Shown in pieces: positions 1-11,800 of a DNA stretch of 64,000 nt. The notes under the pieces were generated by a model, which was not told the DNA's origin, searched no databases, and saw only the letters and a program-made list of their open reading frames with translations. A program made the translations under genes and the position numbers. The stretch's first letter is position 1; the number at the start of each line of letters is the position of its first letter. Source of the DNA: Antedon mediterranea (lineage: Eukaryota > Animalia > Echinodermata); contig NC_092674.1 of NCBI RefSeq assembly GCF_964355755.1, forward strand, positions 806,001 to 870,000, given 5' to 3'.

Positions 1-167
1 TAAGTGCTAAACACGCCCCAATAGTTACCTCCTACTCCTCCATCTTACATCACATTAACCTCCAATTGTAGGCCTACTGCCAACCACCCTTTCTGTACAC
101 ACAAAATAAATATTTTTTCTTTAATTTTTTACCAAGTTAACATTTCAGTTAATTTTATTTATTGTAG

Positions 168-289
168 TAATCCGTGGCTTTATTGTTAGAAGAGAATTCA
201 ACCGAAAGCTTGAGAAACTAAGTCGACAGAGAAAGTACATTTCCAGCTTCCTTCAAGATTTACAAACACGAGGAAACGCTTTCCATAAG
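168..289 (+). CDS. MYO16: MYO16-like exon, second half of the IQ motif
   Basis: ttgtag acceptor; VIRGFIVRREFNRKLEKLSRQRKYISSFLQDLQTRGNAFHK; gtaacg donor. Confidence 0.85.
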
Positions 290-3200
290 GTAACGATTCC
301 TGGCAATCCAAGTCTCTTAAATTAAATTCTAGTTTTCTTACAGTAGACCTACAGTATACTCTAGCCGCATAGAATATTCCCTATCTTACACCCACAAGAA
401 TACAATAATACCTTTTGTGCATCTTGCTTACAAAAGTTTTAAATTCTCACAAAAAAATGATGTTTAGTTTACTTATAAACTTTGAATTTCTGTGCCAACT
501 TTCAATTTCTTACTGTATTTGTTTAATGTGTTTTTCATTATCTGTTTCCTACTAAAATGGAAATTACAATGTATGAAATATATCCAGTTTCTGATGAAAT
601 GATTACCATTCTCTTGTCATTTCACCATATATGTTCACATACTGTTATACAATAGCATCTGCAGGCCTCTACTTTGGACACCTGTTAATTCTGCTGTCTA
701 CACTATCAAACTTTATGTGACAAAAAGTGTGATGTGTATATGGTAGTGATATGATATCATCATGTCCATATATGGACAAGGATATCACATTTTTTTGTCA
801 CTTAAAGTTTGATAGTGTAGACAGAGCTTTATACTTTCTTGTGAAACAGGCACATTGTATGTTTTAACACTATTGCCAACAGGCACATTGTATGTTTTAA
901 CACTATGGCCAACAGACACATTGTATGTTTTAACACTATGGCCAACAGGCACATTGTATGTTTTAACACTATGGCCAACCCTAATTCTGGCAACACCACT
1001 ATTATGGAAACACTTTGTTGTGTTCTACTGTAATTATCAAAATTCCTTTTGATTTTTGTTTTCTATTTTTGTAGACCTTTGTTGAACTGAATGAACATGA
1101 CACTATAACAGATCTGGAAGAAGAATTAATTAATATTGCTGATGATAATGGTAAAAAATGGTAAGTCTTCCTTCCATCTCCAGTGACCGCTTCACCACTC
1201 AGCTTGATTGATACTTAGTTCTAATATATTAGAGCTCTTTATGGAAACACAAGACTACCATTATTTTGAATATCAATAATATTTAAGTGGCAGTTTATAT
1301 TACACAATTAATAGCAACATTATTTAACAGTATTACGTTGGGTTTATGTTACACAAGACTTTTTGTGATGTGAATTAATCATTTCTGCTATATTAATAAC
1401 ACTAGCTTGGGGATCATGTAAAAGGTATTGTACTGCAGTTACTGCAGCAGTAAATTTGTTACTGCAATATCCTATGATTTTAACTTGTTTCTATGTAGAA
1501 CAGTCACTTGAATAAACAGTGGGTACAATAACCACAAAAAACCTGCTAAAAAGAGTAAGCGTAGTTACTGCAGTAACTGCAGTAGAATCATTTTAACATG
1601 ATCCTAGAACTGCAATTTACGATACTGGTAATAAGAATGGGTTTTAATATTAGTCAACATTATATTGTTTTTAGTTTTCTTGTTTGTTTTGTTTATGGAA
1701 AACACTAATAATGCATCAAAACTAACTCTTTAATTAACAGAACTTCACAATATATGCAAATATAATCCAAAAAAAGCACATACTTTTCTCAAAAATGTTT
1801 ATTTCTATTTTACAAAAACACTTAATTTTAGGATTGAATCAGATCCCACATATATGATAATGCATCCTATTAGGTAAGGTCAAAGGTTAACTCACATCTC
1901 TCGCTTAACTTTTATATAATGTTCTTGCAGTATGTTATCTATGCTTTTAGATTAGTAAAATGATGAATTTAGTGCTGGATTGATATAATAACTCCAGAAA
2001 TATCTAACTCATGAATTGCAGTGGCTGTGCTTCAATAATTCATTCTGTATATTCTTTTGTATAATCATTTTTTTTCACATTCACAATGTTTGAGCTGAAC
2101 TACTGTCTTCTAAGTATTTGTATGCTAAGACTTGATTGATGACATTCTAGAAAATACTGCTTTGTAGTGGAAAACATAATATTATTCATTTTCATTATAA
2201 ATGCTTATTCTATTCTGTCATTATCAATTAGTTTTGCTTTGTTTTCATGTTGTATCTATAATCAGTGCTGTAGCCACACAAAATAAAGTGGTGTGGTGAT
2301 TGCAAGAAAAGGAAACAACCCCCTGTGTTGTGCAGCCCACAAAAAAGTGTTCAGGTTGAAACCTTACAAACCGTACTGGTGTCTATGGCCCTGCTATAAC
2401 ATAATAGTACATGTATTTATCAACCAATAATCATGTTCACATATCTCTACTCTAAATATGTTTTTAACTCAAACATAATCATAGCTTAACTCATAATAGG
2501 GAGACATTTAGCCCAAACTTAACCGGGAGTCATTTAGCCCCAACTTTTCCCCACATACTGAATTTAATGTTTACATTTCTTTTTTGTTTGCAGTAAACAA
2601 GTAACCAACAACAACGAATCTGACTTTGTTGACATGGCAACTAACGGACATGTTGTATTGAACTCTCATGATATTGACAGTAAATACATTGAAGTTTTGA
2701 ATCATCAAGCTCCGCCCCCTCCCAGTCTAGCGGACATGCCGCAGACACCCTACAACGATGATTACATTGTACCACAACCGGTGGACGATAGCTATGAGGA
2801 ACTTCAGCAAATGTACAATTTACCACCTCCTCCGCCACCACCAACAACTGATGAATATTTTGAGATAGAGGATCTACCCCCTCCCCCACCAATGGCTGAA
2901 GTTCCTTTCCAAAATATTGCGAATATTAGAGAACGATTTCTTCAACAAGAAAAAGAAGAGACACACAAGGAAAAACAGAAGAAACGACAATCTGCACCAG
3001 GAAACTTTGGAGTAATTCCAAACACTGATGCTGATTTATACGATTCAATTCAACCAGCAGCTCGAATAAAAGACACTATATCGCAGCTGCAATCACGCAA
3101 CCCAAATGCTGATACACCAGCTCAAAAGGCAGCTAAGACTCAACAAAGAATATCATCGCCAGCGGGTTTTTACACGGACCAAGTTATAAATGGAAAGTCG

Positions 3201-5191
3201 AGAATTCCACCTCCACCGACTCCTAAACGCAATCCTGACACAAGACTAAGCGAAATGACAAATAGTCGGTTAAGCATGCCTATAGTTCCAATACCTGAGG
3301 GAATTCCAACTCAATTTACAAATATACCCCCTCCTCCATCAGAACCAGCCCCAACACCACCTGCGTTACCTCCAGGTAGACCAAATTCAAGTGTTTTTAC
3401 AAATGTTCCTCCTCCACCCAGTATACCAGCGCCAACGCCCCCAAGAGCACCAGCATATGTTCCACCGCCTAGTTATCCAAACTCTTCCACAGGAGGCCAA
3501 CGTCCCCCTTCTGTTTTAACATTCCCAGGTAGTAGTATGTCAGTGCCACCACCACCTCCAGGACCAGCACCAGTACCACCTGTAGTTGGCCCTCCATTTG
3601 CACCACCATTTGCACCTCCACCGCCACCAACAGGTCCTCCAGCTCCGCCACCACCACCTCCTCCAGGCTTTGGTGGACCTAGCGCACCTCCCCCTCCTGC
3701 AATTGGTGGATTCGCAGGAAGAACACAAGGACCAGTAAGACCAAATATGCAGCAACCCTCAGGAGGACTTAATATAAGTGACATCACTAAGATAAAACTT
3801 AAACCAGCACAAATAACAGGTACGTACATTCTAGAAGAAGGTTGTAATACTTAGATATATGGCTGACTCAATGAAACTTCTAGTTATTATTAAATAAATA
3901 AAATTTTAGCAAAATTCAGGGTACAATGCACCATTATATTCAAATGTCGTAATATAGATGTTGTATTATTATTGGTTTAATAGAAAGAACAGTAGCGTCG
4001 ACACCAGCTGACTCAATTTGTGCTGAAATTAACAAAGGAATCACATTAAGACCAACAAATAAAAGTAAGTTTATAATAAATAAATTTAACCATTATCATT
4101 TGGTGTTTAACATGTTTGTCAATAAACAGAAATCCAGCACTGCTACAATACCAGGATAATTGTTTTGTGCCAAAGATAATACTCAAATAATTGGTGTTTA
4201 CCACTTTTGGATGTAAATCCAAATTTAAAAAAATTAAAAATTGTTTGATGTCTGCTTACCGGTAAACATTTTTATTTATATTTTCTCTTGAAGACATTCG
4301 AGGACCAGGTACTCAGACAAACAGTAATCAAAACAATGGTATTCCTCCACCACCAAATGCACCTGCCCCTACTCCTCCAGTTCCACCCCCTCCATTTGGC
4401 CCTGCCCCAACACCCCCAGTAGTTGGTGATAAGCAATCTCCTCCCCCTCCTGCTACCAAGCCAAAACCTAAGCCAGTAGACAAAGTGAAGACAAGTCCAG
4501 CATCACCAAAGCTAGGCCCAAAATCACCAGGCCCTATGGATCCAGTGCAGAAGGCAGCACCTGAGCTTGTTTTTGATGAGAGTATTCCAGTATGGAAACA
4601 AGCTATGCTTAACAAAAAACATGCAGAAGCTAAGGTTGGTAACTACCAAATAGTATTAGAATTATTTTCTCTTCAAATGTCTTTGTAAAGAAACAGAAAT
4701 AAAATTTGTAAATAAATTTATGTAGATCCCTATAATTCTTTATTAATACATCAAAAGGTGTTTGATAAAATTAACATCAAGACAATAAGCGACAAACAAA
4801 TAATATTTTCTTATAATTTTCTTGTGGATCAACTTGAATCTTCCAAAAGAAAATTATAAGATAATTACAGCGGAAAGGATTCTTATATTATTGTCAGAAA
4901 CTAGTTGTTAATAACCAAATATAAAGAAAGTTGGATAATCTAATACAGTTTTATCTTTTTTATTAATAGAAAATGGAGGAGGAAGAACTGAAGAAAAAAC
5001 AGCATGAAGAAGACAAGTGGAAAGGCATTCCAGATTGGAAGAAGAAAATCATGATGGATAAAGAACGTAAACGTCAGGAAGAAGAAGCTTCTAAAATCGA
5101 TCCTGTGGAAGAAGAAAGAAGAGTAAAATTGATGGCAATGCCAGCATGGAAGCGAGATCTACTCATGAAAAAACAGGGCAATGGGGAGTAA
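168..5191 (+). CDS. MYO16: Unconventional myosin-XVI-like protein, 3' part (IQ motif and tail); exons 168-289, 1075-1160, 1832-1873, 2594-3819, 3984-4064, 4294-4634, 4970-5191; 5' part lies upstream of the window
   Basis: All introns are GT-AG and the phases join into one ORF of ~706 aa ending at TAA 5189-5191. First exons give VIRGFIVRREF...ISSFLQDLQTRGNAFHKTFVELNEHD, matching the recalled MYO16 IQ and post-IQ region (VIRGFLARQ...INSFLQ...G...N.SD). PPPPTPKRNPDTRLS (3207-3251) matches the recalled MYO16/NYAP motif PPPKPKRDPNTRLS. Confidence 0.82.
692..828. mobile_element. ~140-bp MITE, family A (PIF/Harbinger-like)
   Basis: TIR (AGCT)CTGTCTACACTATCAAAC ... GTTTGATAGTGTAGACAGAGCT; eight copies of this family occur in the window. 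Confidence 0.8.
847..979. repeat. Minisatellite, 33-bp unit x ~4
   Basis: acaggcacattgtatgttttaacactatggcca repeated. Confidence 0.9.
1075..1160 (+). CDS. MYO16: MYO16-like exon
   Basis: ttttgtag acceptor; TFVELNEHDTITDLEEELINIADDNGKK; gtaagt donor; phase 0 in, phase 2 out. Confidence 0.8.
1410..1605. mobile_element. MITE-like element with imperfect ~38-bp inverted termini
   Basis: GGATCATGTAAAAGGTATTGTACTGCAGTTACTGCAG ... CTGCAGTAACTGCAGTAGAATCATTTTAACATGATCC. Confidence 0.6.
1832..1873 (+). CDS. MYO16: MYO16-like 42-nt symmetric micro-exon carrying a YxxM motif
   Basis: ttttag acceptor; (W)IESDPTYMIMHPI(S); gtaagg donor; phase 2-2. Confidence 0.65.
2263..2393. mobile_element. Degenerate hAT-like MITE
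   Basis: CAGTGCTGTAG ... CTATGGCCCTG termini, flanked by near-duplicated ctataat/ctataac. Confidence 0.4.
2594..3819 (+). CDS. MYO16: MYO16-like large proline-rich tail exon
   Basis: tttgcag acceptor; in frame with ORF 2634..3854; gtacgt donor; contains the NYAP-type motif, poly-Pro tracts and a WH2-like ISDITKIKLKP. Confidence 0.9.
3984..4064 (+). CDS. MYO16: MYO16-like exon encoding a WH2-like motif
   Basis: ERTVASTPADSICAEINKGITLRPTNK; aatag acceptor, gtaagt donor; phase 1-1. Confidence 0.8.
4294..4634 (+). CDS. MYO16: MYO16-like proline-rich exon with the first PxWK motif
   Basis: ttgaag acceptor; ...IPPPPNAPAPTPP...DESIPVWKQAMLNKKHAEAK; gttggt donor. Confidence 0.85.
4970..5191 (+). 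CDS. MYO16: MYO16-like last coding exon (espin-ABM-like motifs)
   Basis: aatag acceptor; KMEEEELKKKQHEEDKWKGIPDWKKK...MPAWKRDLLMKKQGNGE*; AATAAA signals downstream near 5737 and 6190. Confidence 0.85.
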   Translation, partial: KMEEEELKKKQHEEDKWKGIPDWKKKIMMDKERKRQEEEASKIDPVEEERRVKLMAMPAWKRDLLMKKQGNGE

Positions 5192-8100
5192 CCTCAAATG
5201 CTGGAACAGAAAGATACAGACAATGTGTCACGTATCAGAACAATGAGCATGGAAAAGCAGGCTAGATCGGATAAAGACATGATAGCCTTTTAGTTCCAGC
5301 TTCAACGGGGTCATCTAGTGCTAAAAAACAGATTTTAATTGCGCCATAAGGTTCCATAAATTAGACAACACGCACAACCAGCAAATCATGTGCATTATTA
5401 CTTGATGGAAACATTTGCTAAAGCAGTGAATTTTTATTGTGATTTTCCAAAAGTGGGCTGTCAAGGCTTAAGCTATTGCAGCAAACCACAGATGATCCAG
5501 CATTATTCTGTTCAGGCCTATTGTGATCAAATACAAAATGCTTCCATTTATATATTTAATGTAGAATGCATAATGCATTCCTCTGACCGTGACAGGAAGG
5601 TATTAATCTGGCTCGTGCTTTATAAGTTTTTTCCCGGAATTGCGGCAGAGCTTAAATATAAAATGTAACATTGTATTACTGTATATTTAATTAATTCTCA
5701 GTATATGTCAGTTTTTATGCCTGTAAATATATATATAATAAAAAAGAGTAATGTGTTGGGTCATTGTGTAGCGGAGCATAAACAGTATATTATGGTTGCT
5801 GAATCAAATATACTTAAGAATTTGTCTGCCAACTTATCAATATGGTGCTCAACACACGGGTTTTAGCCTAAAATTGTTACCTTTTGTAGCCGTATGTTAG
5901 TTTCAATCCAATGTATACTCTAATTTGTATGTCTACAGCATTGAAACATTTCATAAGTTATGATTTATATCTGAAAATCTTTTAAAAGTATGTTATTGCT
6001 TTATACACATTTTATTTATCTTTTTTATTAGATGCCAGTATTATTTTTTTAAATATAGTAATTATAAAGTCATTATTAACATTTGTTGAAAATAGGGTTG
6101 ATTTAAAATTAATTTGATTTCATAATTGTGATTTAATAATAATTATAAACATGAAGTTTTGAACAAATTGTACATTGAGTATTGTATATAATAAACTGCT
6201 GAATAGTTTTAATTTTTAAATGAGTATTTCCCCAAACAATCACAGATAAAAACTATTATTATAAGCTTTCATTTAAACATTTTTTGCTTGTGATACCATA
6301 AGATGTATCATCCTAGCCCAAAACTTAGGCTAAATCATGACACAATACTTTTCCCCTAAATTTCATAGCAGGCCCCTTTAGGACTATGGTTGGTCAAATT
6401 CGGTATTTCTTTTTTGCTATCTTTAATAATAAATCTTTACTCTTTATAATAATAATAATAATGTTCAATTTATATAGCGCAAAATGGAGGGCGCCTCTAA
6501 GCGCTGAACCATCAACAGAAAATATAAAAAGCACAAAATTAATCAAATGTCTTTCTTTTAAAAAAATCATTTCAAGAGTTCTTGTCTTTCATTCTACGGG
6601 TAAAAATATAAAATATATTTCTTTTTTTTATTATATAATTTCAAATTATCCAATTCAAATTAGTTCCTAAACATCTTTGTAGTTGAAATTGATAATTACC
6701 CGTAGACAGAATTTGATACAAATATTCAAGCAATTTAAATGCAAATAATCAATTATGCCGTTTCTAAAAATATTTTAAAATGTTGAATGATTTACACATC
6801 CTGTGCAAAGATGTAAGTTATTTTAAATGTTAAATCATGATTGCGAGATTCGAACCAACAACTTTGTAATTAAGTAACAATTTCAAGATTTTCTTTCATT
6901 TCATGGTGTAGATATTCTATCAATCTATGTAAGTTTTTATATGGCGCCCTCTACAAAGAAAAGAGCGCCAAACAATGCTAGTGTTATTAATTAAAAAGAA
7001 CAGTTTTAAGTTAGCTTTTCCTTTAACCAAGCTTTCTCCGAATTTAAATGAATACAAGTAAATTACAGATAAATATTATTAATGAACTTACGGAACTCAA
7101 CACCAATTTTCTAGTATTGTATTTTTAAGTTTTTTAAAATTGTATCTAAATATTTTAATATGTTAAGCTAAGAGTGATTTTTATTGTATAATTTGATAGT
7201 ATTAAATAGTTGCTATGTTAATATATAGCTTTATCAAAAGGGAATAATTAGCAATGGCTGGTGCTGGTCACTAACATGGTATTAGTAAACATTAATAAAG
7301 GATGAAAACTGCAGTTAAATAGTTAATACATAATATACATAATTGCTTTATTGTCTTGTACATTTTTATTTTGATAAACTATTATTAATTTCACGTAATA
7401 CTAGTATTTCACATTTTGAAGAAAGTTACCAAGCCTTTTATTTTAAAAACAAGAATATACTTTTAAATGTTGAATATGACCAAAATAAATGCCAAATCGT
7501 TATGCAATTACTATAATATTTTTGTTAATTTTCAAGTTATTACTTAATGATGGTTGTACATTTTACATCAGTTAATACAACAGTATTTATTTCCAAAACA
7601 GTTTCTGTAGTAGTCACTGGTATTTTGTAAATTTTGTACAACATTTGTAGGACATTAAAAATGACGTCAATAGGGCTCTACTTATAAATCACCCAGAACG
7701 GTTTTAGTTAAATCGAAATATTAAGAATTTGAGAAGGACATGATATTTTTAAGCGTTATTTCTTTTAATTACAGTAGTAATATTTTGTTGTTTCATTAGT
7801 ACAGTATTGTTAATGTAAAAAATGCAATTTTAGTGAAGTTTCAGGTACATTTTAAATAAAGTAATTCAATAAATGTGTTTTTTATCTTAATAATTGACAA
7901 GCAATTGGTTTGTTATGAACCATTCAATTGAAAATTAATGCAAAAATTACCAATATAAACTAGATTGTTCTATTAATATTTTAGGGGTGTTGTTGATTAT
8001 TTACTCATCAAAGGTTCCAATAATGTTGGTTGCTAGTGTAATTTAAGGATTTTAACTTTTATATACAATATGTATTGGTGAATTAGAAGCTAGATTTTTA

Positions 8101-8408
8101 TTAATATTAGATGTTGGCTTTTATCAGCATTGTGTAATCATGTGACCTGAATGACATCATAATTTAACTATACAGTAAATGTAAAATTTGTTAGTCTTAA
8201 AAATGCTACCAAATAAAGAAACGTAAACATAAATATGTCTTTGTTTTATATTTATTTAAAAAATAATTTACACCATATTGTATTAAATATAATAATACTA
8301 TAAATAGTGAGTATAGTACTGAACATATACATGAATACAAGGAAAGACCTAAGAACAAGTTAGTTGGTGTTAATTTGTATTGTACATGTGAGGAATTTGT
8401 GACTTCTA

Positions 8409-8560
8409 AGCCCTGCCTACACTATCAAACTTTATATGGCAAAAAATGTGATGTGCCCATAAATGGACACGATGATGTCATATCACTACCATATTTGGCC
8501 ATATCACTACCATATTTGGGTACATCACACCTTTTTTTAAGCAAACTAGTTAGTGTAGAC
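8409..8560. mobile_element. MITE family A copy (probably within the HMT 3'UTR)
   Basis: agccctgcctacactatcaaac ... tagtgtagac. Confidence 0.75.
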
Positions 8561-8857
8561 TTTACTCACTATATTCCGTAACACGGTTTTTGTAGTTTCT
8601 AAGTGCAGACAAAAGCACAAGCTGTAAAGACACTTCATACAAGACTCAATGCAGTGCTAGAAATAGTGGTGCCGTTGTCACAAGAAAAGGGAACAATCTT
8701 TGTTTAAGCCACTGGGTTGTCAAAGACCTTTATCAAAAAGTGGTGTTATAAATAAATATAAATATCCAAAATAAATAAGTCCAGTACTAAAATAAAAATA
8801 GCCCTCAAATAAGTGCCATGCTAAAAAAATACATTGAGCTGAAAGTAGCAAAGTGCA

Positions 8858-11800
8858 TTAATTTGTGGCTAATGAATTCTTAATATACTGTTGGATCCTC
8901 TGTATGTCCTCTGGACTAGTTCTACAGCAGCCTCCTATACACTTAGCACCTAACTGGATCCATTCTGGTATATAAGATTCCCAATCTTCAACTGCATTTT
9001 CACCAGTCCACCTAAAATTATCAAGTTAACCAATTCAATATATATCCTAATTATATAAAAAATATACATTTAATTTGAGACTTAATTAGTATGTATTGAA
9101 ACTTAAGCTCTGTCTAAACTATCAAACAAACAAAAACGTGATGTGCCCATATGGACATGATGATGTAATATCACTACCATATTTGGGCACATCACACTTT
9201 TTTGTCACATCAAGTTTGATAGTGTAGACATAGCTCAATAGGTACTAGCCTGAACTTATTCCATCAAACATTAATTGTAGCATAGTTAGCATGAACTTAC
9301 CCGCATCCTGTCCAATTTCCCCTTGTGTTAGGGAACACAACAAATGGTTTTCCATTGCTTGCTTTCTGTGCACTTTGCAAGAGGGGCGTAACGAAAGCAG
9401 GAGGGCAACAATTGATGCCAACAAATGAAAGGTTTGGACAAGTAGAGATGGCTGCAATCGCATCCTGGATTGATTCACCATGACATGTTTCAGAACCATT
9501 CTGTAAACATTGAGAATTTCATTATAGGGACATACAATTGTATAAGACTTAGTGGCTGCAGCTTCACTAAAGCTCTTCCCACACTATCAAACTTTATGTG
9601 ACACAAAAAATTTGATGTGCCCATATATGGACATGATGATGCCATATTACTACCATATTTGGGCACATCACACTTTTTTTGTCAAACTAGTTTGATAGTA
9701 TAGACAGAGCTTAATATAAGAATGTAGCTAAAAAGTATGAGGGGTAGGTGTCCAAAAACTTGACGGTAGGTGAAAAACAACCAGTACTTTCATTAAAATT
9801 GTTTGTGCTGGTGGTATGTTAATTAATCTTGGTGGTGGAAGACCTTGAAGGTTCCCGCCCACTACAATTACATGATTCAATGACCCACCCAAATTGCATT
9901 GTCAAATTCTGTGATACAGTGTGACATGTAACAGCTTTATTATGTAACTTACCTTGCACATGAAAGCATTGTATGGTATTATAGTGTATAATACAGTGTG
10001 ATATGTGAAAGCTGTATCATTAAACTTACCTTGCATATAAAAGCATTGTATGGTGTGCCATGCCACTTACCTTGCAGGTGAAAGCAAGCCATCCAGTGAC
10101 ATCTGGAAATTCTTGTAAAAGTGACACAATGGCCTCTGCCTCCTTGATGGCTGGTATAGTTTCAAAAGACATCATCTTAACACCAGACTTTAACAAAGCT
10201 TCAATCCTACCTCTATGCCAATCTTTTAAATCCTTAAAATGAAAGTAATATTGAGAAACAAGATATGAACTATCAATAAATCAATGTTTATGGCTTTTAA
10301 ACAGCAAAAATGATATTTTAACAAGACACTCCCATATAATAATAGTTCATTCTTATATAGCGCATATAAGCAAGCTCTCAATGCACAGTATATATATAAT
10401 GTACAATAGGAAGGATAGCCACTCCTGGACGATCGATTACCTGCCCCAGAGTGTAAATTAAAGTTTTCCAGTACAATTCTGGTTATTTCGTTATGGATGC
10501 GTTTTAACAAAAAAGCTCTTATAATATAGATTTGTATAGATTATAGATAGATTTTTAGAGAATAAATAACAATTCATAATCTTAGCAAGAGAAGAATCGA
10601 CAAAGATGTGAAATATAAGCCTAGATCAAAGGTCAACTTTAAAAACTTAATTATCGTTTGTATTTGTATACCTACCTGTACTGTCATATCATCAACATAG
10701 TTGCCATGGTATTCTGACATGTTATGCTGGCAGGCCCCATATGGACCTATAGCACCTACTGCTATCGGCTTACATCTGTCTACAAACAAAAAGATGAATC
10801 ATAAAAAAAGATAAATAAAGTATGAGTTTCTTTTTAGAAAATACAAATTGTATGTTTTAGACATTTAGAGTAATTTCTGAGAATGTACACAATAACTGCC
10901 CTTGTTCTGTTACCACAGAATGCGCATTACAACCTTTTTAAGGTGTACAGTCGTCGCAAAATAATCAAAATAAATTTCAGTTAGATAATGACTTGAATTG
11001 GACAAAACAAAATATGTATAATCCTTGGTAACAGGTCGTCACAAATTGAAAGTCCCTAATATCTGGCCAGTGGGTATGTGTGCCCAAATATGGTAGTGAT
11101 ATACCCAAATATGATAGTGATCAAATATTTTTTTTATTTTTAAACAAATTTAATGAGGGCGATCCATCCAGATATTGCTGATCATTAGGGACCCTCAGAG
11201 GTTCACAAGACAAACATATACACAAGATGCTCTACATAAACAAAGTCTTATTACAAGTCTTTGGGAGTGGAGAATTTGGTCCTTAGAAAAAATCCTGACA
11301 TGTGACAGGACTTGAACCCTGGAGTGGTAGCCAAGCATCATAACCACCAAGCCACAACTCCACTATGGTAGTGAAATGACATCACCATGACCATATATGG
11401 TCACATCACATTTTTTTTGTCAAATAAACTTTGATAGTGTTGACAGAGCTTTACCTTTAGTCTGAGCAGGTTGTAGTGATGACCAGAAGTCTTCAATTGC
11501 CTCCACAGCAATCTCACCACTTCGACTGATTAAGTTGAGTGCTTCATTTTTAGACAAACCAGCATGAGTAACAAACCCTTCTACAGAGGCCTTGCAATTT
11601 AGAAAATATAACACCAATAAAATAATACCAGCAGTATTCTACTAATTTATTAAAGCTCTATTCGCACTGAGCCCAGATTGTGGTCTGTTCACACTCAGTT
11701 CAGATTGTGGTCTGGTGGCCGGATGAACAATTGTTGAAAATGGGTGTAATATTCAAAAATAGAATGGAACCTTTTTGGATTCTGTATAAAATGGTATGTG

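Noticed and set aside
2634-3854. Stand-alone 406-aa WASP/formin-like gene
   Set aside because: It is an internal exon (acceptor 2593, donor 3820) spliced to upstream IQ exons; no FH2, WH1 or acidic VCA segment is seen.
3469-4615. Gly-rich minus-strand ORFs
   Set aside because: They are antisense shadows of the proline-rich myosin exons.
11296-11363. Functional tRNA gene
   Set aside because: A and B boxes are present but there is no convincing cloverleaf, and it continues into a SINE-like body and tail.
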